Positions 18,999 to 31,864 are shown, counted from the first letter of the stretch. The stretch is 64,000 nt of DNA from Candidatus Methanovirga australis (GCA_031272765.1 JAISTD010000123.1:323-64322); one strand, 5' to 3'. Translations and numbers: made by a program. Notes: generated by a model from the sequence alone, not told the origin.

Positions 18999-19516
18999 TA
19001 GTCAGCCTCCTTTTGTATAATTCTAATTTGATCAGCTTTAACAGTGACTGGAATAGGAACTGCAGCTTCTATTAATTCAAGTACAGCCTCTTCACGAGAT
19101 TCATCAATACGCACAATTTTAGCTCTTTCTCCCTTGAAAGGTCCTGAAACAAGTTCTACAATGCTTCCTTTCATAATAGAAGATATTATTGGCTCTGGTC
19201 TTAAGAATTTCTTAACTTCCTCAAAAGAAATTGTGCTGTCACCTGCTCCTCTATTTTCAACAAGTCCTCTTAAATGAGGTATTTTCAAAACAGGATTCCT
19301 CATATCAATTTTAGTTGAAGATTCCACCAATATATAACCTTTCAAAGACTCTGGAACAATTATGGCAACAATATCAATCCCACTTTCCATCGCTTTTCCA
19401 GCTAACATTCTTGCCACATTTCTTTCTTGACCAGCAGAAGTTTTAAGAGCATAAATTGAGTTACCATACTCTCCTGTAGAATCAAAAGCCCCTTCGGAGT
19501 TTAAAGTATCTTCCAT
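18998..19516 (-). CDS. spt5: transcription elongation factor Spt5 (NusG)
   Basis: An NGN domain ([18 protein letters not shown]) and a KOW motif ([19 protein letters not shown]). The ATG at 19516 follows an SD GGTG. Confidence 0.9.
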   Translation of the reverse strand: MEDTLNSEGAFDSTGEYGNSIYALKTSAGQERNVARMLAGKAMESGIDIVAIIVPESLKGYILVESSTKIDMRNPVLKIPHLRGLVENRGAGDSTISFEEVKKFLRPEPIISSIMKGSIVELVSGPFKGERAKIVRIDESREEAVLELIEAAVPIPVTVKADQIRIIQKEAD

Positions 19517-19801
19517 TTTAATATACACCTTACAAATTAAAATTTAATTTAATAAAAATTAAATAACCTAATCCTTCCAAAAATAAAGCATCAATTATCA
19601 ATATTTAAAGAAAAAAGGAATTTAGTAAAAATAAAATTTAAATTCAAAAATTAGATATTTAACAATAAATAATATATTTATGTATTAATGATTCAAGTAT
19701 ATAAACTTTAATATTTTTTCAAAAGTTATCAATCAATTCATAATATAAAAATTCACTAAAAAAATTAATTTAATGTAATAGAATTTAAAAAAAGAAAAGA
19801 A

Positions 19802-20818
19802 TTATAAAATTCCCATAGCTTTATTGGTTTTAGCTATGGATTTTTCACCATCTAATTCTAATTCTAATAATGCTCTTATAGCATCAACATTCTCAGGAAC
19901 AACATCAGATTCTTGATGTACAGCTTGCATATAGAATAACTCCCCATTTACAACATTAACAGACTCTCTCCAAATAGGAATTTCAAAGAAATCATTTCTA
20001 TTTCTTCCAAGTTCTTTAGCATATTCCATAAAACCAGCAGTTGAAGTTAAACCATCCTCTGCATTTAATAAAAGAACTCTTGATCTTTTCTCCCATGCAT
20101 CAATTACATCATCAGTTTTTGCATCATTTTCAAGTTCCACCATTAAATTATGTTGGTGCATAAGAGTGGTTGGAACTAATAAAGCCATAGTTGTAATATC
20201 TACATCTTTTAATACAGTTTCAAGATCAGGTCCATGATGAGAAGGAACTTTAGGTGGGTTTGGCACAATTCCATTAATTGGTCCTTTATTAACTTGATAA
20301 GGATCTCCTCCACGGCGAACCATAACGGCTCTAACTTTTTTAATCCCCCAGTTCTTACTAACTGGAGTTAAACTACGAGCCAAACCAGTTGTATTACATG
20401 AAACAACCCTGGTATATTCCATTCCGACAGAATCAGAATAATTTGCAATCGAATTAAATGATAATCCTGTAAGATCATGTTTTTCCCCACCTTGATAAAT
20501 AGCTTTAACACCTTGAGCCTTATATTTCTCAAGATTTTCAGGACCAACATTACCTGGAGTACAATCAACAACAACATCTGACTTTTCAATCATATCATCA
20601 GTTGTTCCAGCTATTTCAATTCCAGCTTCATCAAATAACTTTTCACGCTCTGGAATAGCTATATACAAATCATATCCCTTGTTAACAGCCACTTTAGCTT
20701 CATAATCTGGCTTAGTTTTACTAACACCAATAACTTTCATATCATCTTGCACTGAAACTGCATCAGCTACTCTTTTTCCAATTGTACCATACCCATTAAT
20801 TGCTACAGACGCTTTCAT
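19802..20818 (-). CDS. gap: archaeal (type II) glyceraldehyde-3-phosphate dehydrogenase
   Basis: [11 protein letters not shown] Rossmann motif and the catalytic SCNTTG. The ATG at 20818 follows an SD GGAG. Confidence 0.93.
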   Translation of the reverse strand: MKASVAINGYGTIGKRVADAVSVQDDMKVIGVSKTKPDYEAKVAVNKGYDLYIAIPEREKLFDEAGIEIAGTTDDMIEKSDVVVDCTPGNVGPENLEKYKAQGVKAIYQGGEKHDLTGLSFNSIANYSDSVGMEYTRVVSCNTTGLARSLTPVSKNWGIKKVRAVMVRRGGDPYQVNKGPINGIVPNPPKVPSHHGPDLETVLKDVDITTMALLVPTTLMHQHNLMVELENDAKTDDVIDAWEKRSRVLLLNAEDGLTSTAGFMEYAKELGRNRNDFFEIPIWRESVNVVNGELFYMQAVHQESDVVPENVDAIRALLELELDGEKSIAKTNKAMGIL

Positions 20819-21757
20819 TTTAAATCTCCTATTATCAAATTTCATAATATATTTTACAGGATATAAATCATTTCAATATAAAAATAAAATTTTATCAAAC
20901 ATTACTTATAAAAGATAAAAAGATTAGAAACCCATTAACTCCTACAATAACTATAAAAACATCCAATTATCTAAATCACTATACCAATTCTTGTTTTTAA
21001 ATAATGCAAATTAAATTAAAAAAAGTTTTTACTTCTCCTTTAAAAATTTTGAAAAATAAATCTACTACACATAATGATTAGTGTAAAATAATATATAAAT
21101 ATTATGATAATAACTTTAAAATTGATTCGAAAACTATAAAATCCATTGCTTATAATTTACTTAATTGCAATATTGATTTAATTTCAATTTTTTGCCTATT
21201 ATCCTTTCAAAAAAAGACTTTAAACAATTTTTAATGCTGTTCTACAGTAAACAGCTTTAAACACATGTGTTTTCATTTAAAATATCCTGAACTTTCACTG
21301 CATACCTTATTAATTTCAATTTAATGCCCCATAACTGACATTATAGTAAGTTTGATAATTTTTTAAAAAATAAGTTTCTTTAAATTTGTAATACTCATTA
21401 AATATCCTTTATCATATAAAATATAAGCTATTTCAATTGAATTTTTTAAAATAATTAATTTAAACTTATTAAAAACTTATTAAAACGAAGAATTAATTCT
21501 TCTAAATTATAAAATAAAAAATTTTATAAATAAAATCTATAAATGATAAAACAATAATACAACTAACATAGAGACCATAATATTTAATTTTGAAAAAACT
21601 TCTTCCATATTAAAATTCAAACCAAAACTTTAGAAAAAGTTTGATTTAATTTAAAATTAATAAGTTTAATCAAGACCCAAAAAAATAATAAAATTCCATT
21701 TTTCAATTTAAACTCAAAAATTCTTCAATTAAACCAAAAATAATTATACTATTAAAA

Positions 21758-22027
21758 AGATTGTCAAAAAGTGTGGAGGTTTTCATGAAAATCCATGTTT
21801 TATATAAACGAAAAACTCGTTTTTCTAAATTATAAAATCAGAGATTTTACAATTAAAGAAAATCAAAGATTTTCTAAGCTAAAACAAACTTTAACTAAAG
21901 AAAATCAAAGATTTTCTAAGCTAAAACAAAATTTAACTAAAGAAAATTAAAGATTTTCTAAGCTAAAACAAGTTTTAACTAAAGAAAATCATGGAAATTG
22001 AAAAACCTCACAAAAGTTTACAACCTC
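21758..22027 (+). mobile_element. MITE family A, copy 2 (270 bp)
   Basis: Same termini as copy 1. A perfect 9-bp TSD, CTATTAAAA, lies at 21749-21757 and 22028-22036. The element ends 39 bp upstream of the next gene's ATG. Confidence 0.78.
21855..21980 (+). repeat. three tandem 42-bp units inside MITE-A copy 2
   Basis: Units at 21855, 21897 and 21939 read AAAGAAAATCAAAGATTTTCTAAGCTAAAACAAACTTTAACT with 1-3 substitutions. Each holds the hairpin GAAAATC-AAA-GATTTTC followed by TAAGCT. Confidence 0.85.
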
Positions 22028-22066
22028 CTATTAAAAGATTAAAAATATAAACTGAGGATCCAAATA

Positions 22067-23250
22067 ATGTATCTAAACAAAGAAGAAGAAAAAATGTGTC
22101 AAGGAGCATATGGAACCACTGTTGCAAAAAGTATGGAAATAATAGTTGCCTTAGGAGACATTTACGAAGCACCATCTCTCATAGACATCACATCCGCTCA
22201 AATTCTGGAGTATCATACAAAACCATTGGAGAAGCAGGATTAGAATACTTAGAAAACTTATCCAAAGATGGAACAGACCTTGTAAATATTCCCTCAACAC
22301 CAAACCCAGCAGGAATAGACTTAGACAACTGGAAAACATTAAACTTCCCAAAAGAATTCAGTGAAAAACAAAAAAGAATAGTGAAAGCCTATGGAAAACT
22401 TGGAATAAGTGAAACATGCACATGCACACCATACCTAATCGGTAATGTCCCTCGATTAGGAGACCACGCAGCATGGTCAGAATCATCAGCAGTCACATAC
22501 CTAAACTCCATAATTGGAGGTAAAACAAACAGAGAAGGCGGACCATCAGCCTTGGCATCAGCTATTTGCGGCAAAACATCTATGTACGGTTATCATGAAC
22601 CCCAGAACAGAATTGCAAACACCATTTTCAACTTAGACATTAAAATATCTGGTCTGGACTACGGAACAGTAGGATACATAATTGGTAAAGAGATAGGTGA
22701 CGGAGTTCCATACCTCAACCTACAAAACAAATCCAAAAACACCGAACTAAAATCCCTTGGAGCAGCACTATCCTCATCAGGTGCAGTTGCACTATACCAT
22801 ATTGAAAACGAAACACCAGAATATAAACTTGCTAAAAATGATAAAGATTTCAAAACACTTGAAAAAATAACAATAAACAAAGAAGATATTCAAAACACCA
22901 AAAAAAACTTATCAACCACAAACGAAGAAGCCGACTTAGTATGCTTAGGATGCCCACACACTTCATTAGAAGAAATAAAAGAAATAACAACATTTATCAA
23001 AGGAAAAACTCTTAAAAACCAATTATGGGTCTGCACATCCATCAACATCAAAGCATCAGCAGATAGAATGGGTTACACACAAACCATAGAAAACAGTGGA
23101 GGACATATACTTACTGATAATTGTATGGTTGTAGCCCCAATTGAAGAGATGGAATATAAAAATATTGGTGTGAATTCTGTAAAAGCAGCCAACTATGTAC
23201 CAAGTATGTGCAACCTAAATGTCATATACGACAACTTTGAAAACTCATAA
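22067..23250 (+). CDS. AcnX-type (DUF521) dehydratase large subunit, phosphomevalonate dehydratase-like; reading frame interrupted by a 1-nt frameshift near 22203-22206
   Basis: The frame from ATG 22067 gives [46 protein letters not shown] and stops at 22241. The homologous sequence continues in the frame of ORF 22096-23250 ([16 protein letters not shown]...). Adding one T in ATTCTGG restores QISGVSYK. Confidence 0.8.
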
Positions 23251-23516
23251 AATTCAAATAATAAAAAAAAGAAAAAGATAATAACCTATGTCTAACAGTA
23301 CCACGACGATATAAATATATGTTGACCATAAAATTGTTTATATAAACGAAAAAAAGAAAATATAGAGAATTACATTCCTAAAATACAAGAATATGACATA
23401 AAAGCAAAAATCAGCAGAAAAATTCATTAATTTTGTTAATAAATTGTAACATGAATATAGCCATACTCTTATTCAAAATATTTATTAATCCTATTTTTAT
23501 TAATAATATTCTTTCA

Positions 23517-24779
23517 TCATCCAATGCTTTTATTCAATTCTTCATTAAACTTTTTTTTATCTAAAAGATTTTCCCACTTAGCTATTACAATGGTTGCAAC
23601 ACTATTCCCTATAAGATTAGTGATTGCCCTAACTTCAGAGAGTATTCTATCAACACCTAACAGTAATGTAAGAGCTTCAATAGGGATTTGATTAAATGTA
23701 GAGAGTGTTGCACTTAAAACAATGAAACCACCACCAGTAACTGCTGCCGCTCCTTTAGATGTTAGCATTAAAATAAATAAAATAAGCAACTTATCTTGTA
23801 GACTCATATCGATATTGAATGCCTGAAAAATGAATAAAGTTGCCATTGTTAAATATACACTGGTTCCATCTAAATTAAAACTGTACCCTGTGGGAACAAC
23901 AAAACCAACAACAGATTTTTCACATCCTATTCTCTCCATTTTTTCCATGACGTTAGGAAGAGCAACTTCAGAAGAGCTTGTTGCGAGAACCAAAAGTACT
24001 TCATCCTTAATATATATAATAAGTTTCACAATATTGAATCCACACATCTTGGCAACAATGCCTAAACCAATTAGAACAAAAACTATACAAGTTGAATAAA
24101 CACTCACAACCAATGTAAACAAGTTGGAAATGGCTTCAATTCCATGACTTCCTATTGTAAATCCCATAGCTCCAAACGCTCCTATAGGAGCGAAATAGGT
24201 TACTGTCCTAACAATTTCATAAAAAACTTTCGTAGTCTTATCTATTACATTTAACACGATGTTTCCAGATCCTTTTAGTTTTAGAAGCCCAACACTAAAC
24301 AATATTGATACTAATAAAACTTGTAAAATATCCCCATTAACAAATCCACTAAATACCGTGTTTGGAATTATATGTAATAAAAAATCAACACTATTAATAT
24401 TATTACTTGAAGTTGGGACTGAACTCAATTCATTTAAGTTAAAATCCAGTCCATTCCCTGGCCGCACCAACTCACCAACAACCATGCCAATAATTAGTGC
24501 AATTGTACTCATGATTTCAAAATAAATCAATGCTTTTATGCCTAATTTTCCTGCTTTTTTCAAATCGTTTAGTCCTACAATTCCAGTTACTAATGTTCCG
24601 AATATAATTGGAGTAATTAGCATTTTTATAAGATTTATAAATCCTTTACTTAGTGGCTCTAAACTCACCCCAATTTTTGGATAAAAATTCCCAACCAATA
24701 TTCCTAAAATCATTCCTATAATTACTTGAATGTAGAGATTTTTGAAAAAGTTAGGTATTTTAAAAGTTAGTTTAATCAT
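23517..24779 (-). CDS. dicarboxylate/amino acid:cation symporter (DAACS, GltP/DctA-like)
   Basis: 420-aa polytopic protein with the signature ATSSSEVALP and a C-terminal VDRILSEVRAITNLIGN. Confidence 0.9.
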   Translation of the reverse strand: MIKLTFKIPNFFKNLYIQVIIGMILGILVGNFYPKIGVSLEPLSKGFINLIKMLITPIIFGTLVTGIVGLNDLKKAGKLGIKALIYFEIMSTIALIIGMVVGELVRPGNGLDFNLNELSSVPTSSNNINSVDFLLHIIPNTVFSGFVNGDILQVLLVSILFSVGLLKLKGSGNIVLNVIDKTTKVFYEIVRTVTYFAPIGAFGAMGFTIGSHGIEAISNLFTLVVSVYSTCIVFVLIGLGIVAKMCGFNIVKLIIYIKDEVLLVLATSSSEVALPNVMEKMERIGCEKSVVGFVVPTGYSFNLDGTSVYLTMATLFIFQAFNIDMSLQDKLLILFILMLTSKGAAAVTGGGFIVLSATLSTFNQIPIEALTLLLGVDRILSEVRAITNLIGNSVATIVIAKWENLLDKKKFNEELNKSIG

Positions 24780-25212
24780 AAATTTAATATATTCAACATT
24801 ATTATTATATATAGTTTATTAAAAATTTTTTATTTTTATTCTATGAACTATTATATTTTGATTCTATGATCATTATATTATAACATCATATTATTACTAA
24901 GAAGTTTATAAAGAATCTTATTTTGAAGAATGGATGGACGAATATATTTATGCAAAAAGTTAGGTAAAAAACTATATATTTTAATGTTGTATTATATCAA
25001 TGAATAGAGTTTGTGCAACCTTCCAGTAGGATATTCTTATAAAAAAAGGATTATATTATTTATTCAAAGATGTCAAAGGACACTAAAATCCGTTTTAAAA
25101 AAAAACTAAGATTTTATGATCTTAAAAACCATAAAATATTTGTTTTAGATCAAGTTGCTTCTCAAAATCTTTCATTAATTCACCAAGAACAATTTGTAAA
25201 AAATCTGAAAGA

Positions 25213-25268
25213 AATTTGATTTTTATGTTTTATTTGTGATTAGTTTTGAACTTTCCAGATGAAATTAT
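25213..25268 (+). repeat. 56-bp dispersed repeat, copy 2
   Basis: Matches the reverse complement of 15541-15596 with one mismatch. Confidence 0.8.
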
Positions 25269-25380
25269 AGACAAAAAAATAAATGAAGTAATAACTTCTA
25301 AATTTCTTAATTAATTTTGTTTTAATAATATTTACATCGTATTTTGGAAAATGAATGAGATTAATACTAATTAAAAAGTA

Positions 25381-26607
25381 TTAGTCAATTGATTCATCTT
25401 CATCAAGAGCCAATCTCATATTATCTGGATCTTGAGGTAAGTGTTCTAAGAAGTCTTCAGTAGATCTTCTAACATCGTTTGATCCAATAATATATCTTCC
25501 TACAACAAGAATATCAGCTCCACTGTCTTTTGCTTCGTTGATTTTTTGAGGGATTATTCCACCTGCTACAGCTACAAGACCATTACCAATGATTTTTTTA
25601 ATGTTTCCAATGTTTCCCCACTCAGTGTTATCTTCAGTTTTTTCTCCTTTTTCAGCTTTTGAGGTTTCAAGATCCACATTCCTGTGCAGAAGAACTATAT
25701 TTGGTTTTAAATCATCTTTAATTTCTGTTAATTTTTTTGTGATATTTTTAACATTCATCATGTCAAGTATAGAATATATTCCTTGTTTTTGTGCTTCGTG
25801 AATAGCTTTTTCAATGGATTCAATTGTTCCAAGACCAGAAATACATACAGCATCAGCTGTTTCGTTGGCAGCCATTGCAACTTCCACTCTTCCAACATCT
25901 AAGGTTTTTAAATCAGCTATTATAAATGAATCAGGTTTCAATTCTCTTATTTTGCTTACCACACCCACACCAAGCTTTTTAATTAATGGTGTTCCTGCTT
26001 CGATTAGTATTCTTTCTCTCTCTGGAATCGAATTTATTATTTTCTCCATTGATTCAAGATTATCTAAATCTAAAGCTATTTGTAAATATGGTGGACTCCA
26101 TAGCCTGCTTACTTTGAATCCCATTATTGGATGGGTTCCACGATCTTTTTCACTTAATACTTTTTCAATGGATGGATATCCAGCCATGGCTCTTTTAATA
26201 GCTAATTTAGTAGCACCATAATTGTATTGGTATATTTTTCTATAATTTTCAGCACTGGGATCTATGAATACACTTACAAGTAAAACTAAATCTTCAACTT
26301 TATCCTTTGGAATTATTCCGTCTTCAACAGAATCCGCAACTGCTCTTCCAACGGCTGTCTGTGCAGGACCAAATATTTTACTTGCATCTTTGAGATTTCC
26401 AATTGTTACTTTAGGAATAATTAATGTAGATGGTTTTGTCATTAAATTAGGTCTAATAACAGAAAGTAATGGTGTATGTCCAATAGATAATTGACTTATA
26501 CTATTTACAAAAGCACTGCCTACTTGACCTTCTTTATCACCTATCACTAAATCTATATGAGCTAATTCACTCCCTTCTCCAATCAATGCTTCTCCAATTT
26601 TATACAT
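25381..26607 (-). CDS. fae-hps: bifunctional formaldehyde-activating enzyme / 3-hexulose-6-phosphate synthase (Fae-Hps)
   Basis: The N-terminal Fae part ([27 protein letters not shown]) is fused to an OMPDC-family HPS part ([11 protein letters not shown]...ADLKTLD...VVGRYI). Confidence 0.92.
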   Translation of the reverse strand: MYKIGEALIGEGSELAHIDLVIGDKEGQVGSAFVNSISQLSIGHTPLLSVIRPNLMTKPSTLIIPKVTIGNLKDASKIFGPAQTAVGRAVADSVEDGIIPKDKVEDLVLLVSVFIDPSAENYRKIYQYNYGATKLAIKRAMAGYPSIEKVLSEKDRGTHPIMGFKVSRLWSPPYLQIALDLDNLESMEKIINSIPERERILIEAGTPLIKKLGVGVVSKIRELKPDSFIIADLKTLDVGRVEVAMAANETADAVCISGLGTIESIEKAIHEAQKQGIYSILDMMNVKNITKKLTEIKDDLKPNIVLLHRNVDLETSKAEKGEKTEDNTEWGNIGNIKKIIGNGLVAVAGGIIPQKINEAKDSGADILVVGRYIIGSNDVRRSTEDFLEHLPQDPDNMRLALDEDESID

Positions 26608-26862
26608 GATTTTATTCTCCTTTTAGGTGTAATATTTAATTTTATATATTTTAAAACACGATTATTTTTTAAAACAAAATTTTTCTTGAAATTATTTTAT
26701 ATTAATAAAAATTTTATATGATATTTAGAACAATCACGACATTGTCTAAATTACATTTTAATAATATGTTGTTTATTATATTTATTTTTTTTAGTATATA
26801 TATTATAACAATAGGAATATAGAATTTTAAAAGACCTTAAAACCTATTTTAAATAAATTTAT

Positions 26863-28695
26863 TCACTGAAAATTTATCCTATCTGAGAGATTTTTAGGTA
26901 ATGTTAATCTTCTAAATGGCAAATGTTTAGATTGTGATTTAACTTCTTTAATAAGTTCATATACATCCATAATCTTTTTTTCACCAGTGGAACGAATAGA
27001 AACAGTGATATCATTGGTTTCAATTTCTTTATCTCCAATTACTATTGTGTATGGTATCCATTCTTTGGAAGCATTTCTTATTTTTTTACCAATTCTATCT
27101 TCCTTATTATCTATATCAACACGAATATCATTTTCATATATTTTATTAAATAGTTTGTTTGAGAATTCAAGGTGTTTCTCACCGATTGGAATTATTCTAA
27201 CTTGAGTAGATGATAACCAAACAGGAAACATAGGTGGTTTTTCATTTATTTCAATGGCTATTTTTTCAAGTAAACTACATATAACTCTTTCTATGCTCCC
27301 AGTTGGACTACAATGTAAAATTATTGGATAATGTTCCTTTTCATCTTTTCCTAAGTAATCAATTTCAAATCTTTTACCACTTTCAACATCAATTTGGACT
27401 GTTGGATTTTCGATAGGTCTTCCTAATGCGTCAATAGCTGCAAAATCTATTTTACAAACCCAATAATGCTTTCTTTTTGGTATCAATTCTAAAATAACAG
27501 GTTTCCCTATTTTATTTGCTATTTCATGCATCCATTCTTTATTTTCATCATAGAATTCTTTTGAGGCTCTAAAAATTATCTCATAGTTAACATTAAGATC
27601 CACTCCAGTTTGAAGACAAATTTTTACTTGATTTTCAAACTCTTTTAAGGTTTGTTTCATATCACTACATGCTGTATGCCAATCAGGCATAGTGAATCCT
27701 CTTAAACGTTTAAGACCAATGACTTCTCCCCTTTTTTCAAATCTAAAACTGTATGTGGATAATTCATAAACTTTCGCAGGAAGATTTTTCCAGGTTAAAA
27801 AAGAATTTTTTAGCAGTCTAAATGCTCCAAAACAACATGCGAATCTAAGCATCAATTCTTTTTTTGTTTGAATTTTGTATTGTCTTTCACCAAATTTTTC
27901 TGCATGTTCTTTTATTGCCTCATTTGATAAGTCGTACATAACTGGTGTTTCGATTGGCATCGCACCGTTTTCAACCACTAAATTATTCACATAATCAGAT
28001 ATTAAATCTCTAATTAACTTACCTTTTGGAAACCATTTTAAATGACCAACATCGGCAGCACTTTCATAATCACACAATTCTTTTTCTCTCATTAATTTCA
28101 CATGAGGTGGTTCTTCACCAGTAGATTGTGTGTTTCCAAGTTCATACTCCATAAGGTTTTCAAGGTCTTTATTAGAGAACTTATATTCTTCTGGAGTTGT
28201 TATTATGTCCTCGGGTTCAAGAATTAGAAATTGTGGTTTTTCTTTTATTAATTCTTCGTTTTTAACATTATCTTCGACTCCAACTGTTCTTGACAATTCA
28301 GATAATGGATGTCCTTTACATGAAAGTTCAAAAGATTTATACCAACCAAATGGTACTCTAAAAATATCATAGTTTTCTTTTTTAAATTTATCTTCAATTT
28401 TTTTAAGTACTTCAATAGCTATTTTAGGAGAACTTAATGAGGAAGATAAGTGAGCATAAGGATAAAGTATGATGTTATTTGCTTTTACTTTTTCATAAAT
28501 CTCTTTTATTTCATTAAATACATTTTCCACAACATTTTCAATATTTTTTTCGTCTTCTTTTTCAACAGCAGAAAATACAACTAAAGATTCTTCAAAAAAA
28601 CCATCTTTTTTGGTTTCTTCAATCTCTTCAGCAATTTTAGTCTTGTTTTTGGTTTGATATTTTAGATAATCTGAATGGATAAACAGTACTCGCAT
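26863..28695 (-). CDS. thrS: threonyl-tRNA synthetase, archaeal type with N-terminal editing domain
   Basis: Starts [13 protein letters not shown] (archaeal editing domain), followed by a class II core and an anticodon-binding C-terminus. The ATG at 28695 follows an SD GGAG. Confidence 0.95.
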   Translation of the reverse strand: MRVLFIHSDYLKYQTKNKTKIAEEIEETKKDGFFEESLVVFSAVEKEDEKNIENVVENVFNEIKEIYEKVKANNIILYPYAHLSSSLSSPKIAIEVLKKIEDKFKKENYDIFRVPFGWYKSFELSCKGHPLSELSRTVGVEDNVKNEELIKEKPQFLILEPEDIITTPEEYKFSNKDLENLMEYELGNTQSTGEEPPHVKLMREKELCDYESAADVGHLKWFPKGKLIRDLISDYVNNLVVENGAMPIETPVMYDLSNEAIKEHAEKFGERQYKIQTKKELMLRFACCFGAFRLLKNSFLTWKNLPAKVYELSTYSFRFEKRGEVIGLKRLRGFTMPDWHTACSDMKQTLKEFENQVKICLQTGVDLNVNYEIIFRASKEFYDENKEWMHEIANKIGKPVILELIPKRKHYWVCKIDFAAIDALGRPIENPTVQIDVESGKRFEIDYLGKDEKEHYPIILHCSPTGSIERVICSLLEKIAIEINEKPPMFPVWLSSTQVRIIPIGEKHLEFSNKLFNKIYENDIRVDIDNKEDRIGKKIRNASKEWIPYTIVIGDKEIETNDITVSIRSTGEKKIMDVYELIKEVKSQSKHLPFRRLTLPKNLSDRINFQ

Positions 28696-29219
28696 TAAAT
28701 CACTCCATAATAATCCCATAATATATGATAATGTATTGTAACATTATTTTAAGTTCACCTATATCTATTTATTAAGTTATGTGAATTTTTATTTGAATTA
28801 TCTTTTTATATGTGAATTTGTTTTTTTATATTCAACTACTCCAAATAACTTTTTGTAAATTGATATGATATAAAAAAATTAGTAACTTAGCCTTAAAAAT
28901 ATAAATTAATTATAAATAAATAATAAGTTTATTTTATTAAACTAATTTAATAAGATTATTTATAAAAAAATATTATATTTTAAATAATTAAATGAAATTT
29001 AAAAATTTTAATCAAGTTTAAAAAATTAACATAGTTATATTCTTAATTTACTGAAAATCGAAGATTTTCATAATTACAAAAATCAAAATTCTTGGCAATA
29101 ATCAAAATTCAAAATAATATTTTAATTTAACAAAACACTAATAATATTATTAATTCTTTATTTATATTAAATAATGATATAAATAAAAGCCTAAAATAGT
29201 GATTAAATTAATTCTAAGT

Positions 29220-31757
29220 TCAATTTTTATCAAGTATATAATGTGATATTCTTTCGGATATTAAAATAGTGGAAGATACAAATAATATTAATATCCAATC
29301 AAATATTTCAAGGCTTACGGTTTTAAATATTTCTTGTAAAAATGGTGTATATACGATTAGTAAGTGTAATAAAAATGTTAATAAAATAGCTATCCAAAAT
29401 ATATTATTTCTTTCATTTGAATTAGATCTACTGTTAATAGCATTAAATATTTGATAGACAACAAAAACAGTGAATGCCATAGTCATAGATATTTTTTCTC
29501 CTCTTTGAGAGTTTAGTTCATGAATAAATAAGAGCAAGGTTCCTATTGTCATTACAATCCCAGAGATAAGCACATTTATTAGTGTATTTTTTGATAAAAT
29601 TTCTCCTTTACCAGGTTTTCTGCTCATTATATCCACTTCAGAACCTTCCATACCTAAAGTTTGAGCTGGAGGTCCATCCATCATGATATTAATCCATAAA
29701 ATTTGAACAGGATTAAATGGGACAGGTAAATTTAAAATTGAAGCTGAAATAATTGTTAAAATAGCTCCAATATTCGTAGAGATTTGGAACTTTACAAATC
29801 TTTTAATATTATCAAATATTTTTCTTCCCTCTTCAATAGCTTTGATAATTGTTGCAAAATTATCATCTTGAATAATCATATCAGCGGATTCTTTGGAAAC
29901 ATCAGTTCCACTACCCATTCCTACACCAATAGAAGCTTTTTTAAGTGCAGGAGCATCATTAACACCATCTCCAGTCATTGCAACAATGTTTCCATGATTT
30001 TGCAGTGCTTCGACTATTCTAACTTTTTGCTCAGGAAAAACTCGTGCATAAACCTCCACATCTTCCACAATTCTCTTAAATTCTTCATCAGAAAGTTCAT
30101 CGAGGTCCTGACCAGTTAAAACTTTACCTTTATTTAAAATACCAATTTCTCTCGCAATAGATGAAGCTGTTGACTGATGATCTCCTGTAATCATCACAAC
30201 TTTTATTCCAGATGATATACACGATGCAACAGCGTCTTTTGCTTCTTCTCTTGGAGGATCCATCATCCCAACCAAACCAACAAATATTAATCTGGATTCA
30301 ACAATATCAGGATTATCAAGGTTAAAATCATCCTTTATTTCTCTATAAGCAAAACCTAAAACTCTAAGAGCAGAATCAGTCATTTCTTTAATTTCATCAG
30401 TAATTTCATTTCTTTTTTCATTATCTAAGACTTCTATAACTCCCTTGTTGTCAATGAATTCAGATTTCTCTAAGATAATTTCTGGTGCACCTTTAGTAGT
30501 GATATAAAATTTTTCCCCTGATTTTTGAATTGTTGTCATTCTTTTTCTTAGACTGTCTAATGAATATTCTTTTATACGAGGATAGTTTTCTTCAAGATCC
30601 AATTTTTCATATCCATTTTTTAATCCATAATTTAATACAGCCACATCAGTAGGATCACCAATGCCTTCACAGCCTTTAATACTTGCATTGTTACACAAAA
30701 TAGCTATTTCATAAGATTTTTTAGCATTCATAATTTTAGTATCCTTAACCTCCATTCTATTCAGTGTTAGTGTACCTGTTTTATCAGTGCAGACAACTGT
30801 ACATGAACCAAGAGTTTCAACAGCCAATAATTTTTTTACAATTGCATTTGATCTAGCCATTCTTTGCATACCTAATGCTAAAGTCAAAGTCAAAGTAGCT
30901 GGAAGACCTTCTGGAATAGCTGCGACTGCAAGAGAAACAGCTACCATGAATGTTTCAACGATTGAACTTCCTTTTAAAAATTGAAGAGTGAAAACAATAG
31001 CACAGACAACAATAGCTATTAAACCAAGAGTTTTACTTAAAGAACTTATTTTCTTCTGAAGTGGAGTATCTTTATCTTTTTCACTTATCATTTGAGCAAT
31101 TTTTCCAATTGATGTGTTCATTCCAATAGCTATTACAATTCCAGTCCCACGACCAGATATAACATTAGAATCCATGTAAGCTATTGCTCTTCTTATGTTT
31201 TCATCATGAGAGTCTTTATCAATGTTCAATAAATCAACATCGTCAGAATTTTTTGTTACAGGGAAAGATTCACCAGTTAAGGATGATTCATCTATTTTCA
31301 AATCAGAAGAATCAACAATAATTAAATCAGCAGGAATTTTATCTCCTTCTTCAACAATGACTATATCACCAATTGTTAGTTGGGTTCCATTGACTTTTTG
31401 GACTTGACCATCCCTTTTGACAATTGCATCTGTTGTTATAAGAGACTTTAATTTCTCAATAGCTTTTTCAGATCTATACTCTTGTATAAAACCAATACTC
31501 CCATTTAAAAGAACAACGATTAAAATCACCATTGAATCAATAATGTCTCCAATGAAAAATGCTGCAATAGCAGCAATTATAAGAAGAAGTATAAGTATGT
31601 CCATAAACTGCATTAAAAAAATTTTTAAATATGAATCTTTTTCACCTTCAGTCAGTTCATTGTTACCATGCTTTTTAAGCCGTTTTGTTACTTCTAAGCT
31701 GGCTAATCCATCTTCACAACTTTCATATTTTTTATAAACTCTTTTTAAATCATTCAT
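29220..31757 (-). CDS. P-type cation-transporting ATPase (P2, Ca2+/cation type)
   Basis: Motifs TGES, CTDKTGTLT and TGDGVNDAPALKKA, with about 10 TM segments. The ATG at 31757 is preferred over the TTG at 31766. Confidence 0.93.
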   Translation of the reverse strand: MNDLKRVYKKYESCEDGLASLEVTKRLKKHGNNELTEGEKDSYLKIFLMQFMDILILLLIIAAIAAFFIGDIIDSMVILIVVLLNGSIGFIQEYRSEKAIEKLKSLITTDAIVKRDGQVQKVNGTQLTIGDIVIVEEGDKIPADLIIVDSSDLKIDESSLTGESFPVTKNSDDVDLLNIDKDSHDENIRRAIAYMDSNVISGRGTGIVIAIGMNTSIGKIAQMISEKDKDTPLQKKISSLSKTLGLIAIVVCAIVFTLQFLKGSSIVETFMVAVSLAVAAIPEGLPATLTLTLALGMQRMARSNAIVKKLLAVETLGSCTVVCTDKTGTLTLNRMEVKDTKIMNAKKSYEIAILCNNASIKGCEGIGDPTDVAVLNYGLKNGYEKLDLEENYPRIKEYSLDSLRKRMTTIQKSGEKFYITTKGAPEIILEKSEFIDNKGVIEVLDNEKRNEITDEIKEMTDSALRVLGFAYREIKDDFNLDNPDIVESRLIFVGLVGMMDPPREEAKDAVASCISSGIKVVMITGDHQSTASSIAREIGILNKGKVLTGQDLDELSDEEFKRIVEDVEVYARVFPEQKVRIVEALQNHGNIVAMTGDGVNDAPALKKASIGVGMGSGTDVSKESADMIIQDDNFATIIKAIEEGRKIFDNIKRFVKFQISTNIGAILTIISASILNLPVPFNPVQILWINIMMDGPPAQTLGMEGSEVDIMSRKPGKGEILSKNTLINVLISGIVMTIGTLLLFIHELNSQRGEKISMTMAFTVFVVYQIFNAINSRSNSNERNNIFWIAILLTFLLHLLIVYTPFLQEIFKTVSLEIFDWILILFVSSTILISERISHYILDKN

Positions 31758-31864
31758 TAATTTCAAACCTTATTTTGCATTTCTTTAATGTTTTTTATAT
31801 TTTAGAGATTGAGTATAACCTTAGTAATCTTATTTATTTGTTTAATTAATTTTTTATAATAGAT

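Noticed and set aside
19529-19801. Expected secE gene upstream of spt5/nusG
   Set aside because: No ORF with a hydrophobic C-terminal helix can be read in any minus-strand frame of this 273-bp spacer. secE must lie elsewhere.
21855-21980. Regular 42-bp repeats that could suggest a CRISPR array
   Set aside because: The units are directly contiguous with no spacers. There are only three of them, they lie inside a TSD-bounded MITE, and no cas genes are in the window.
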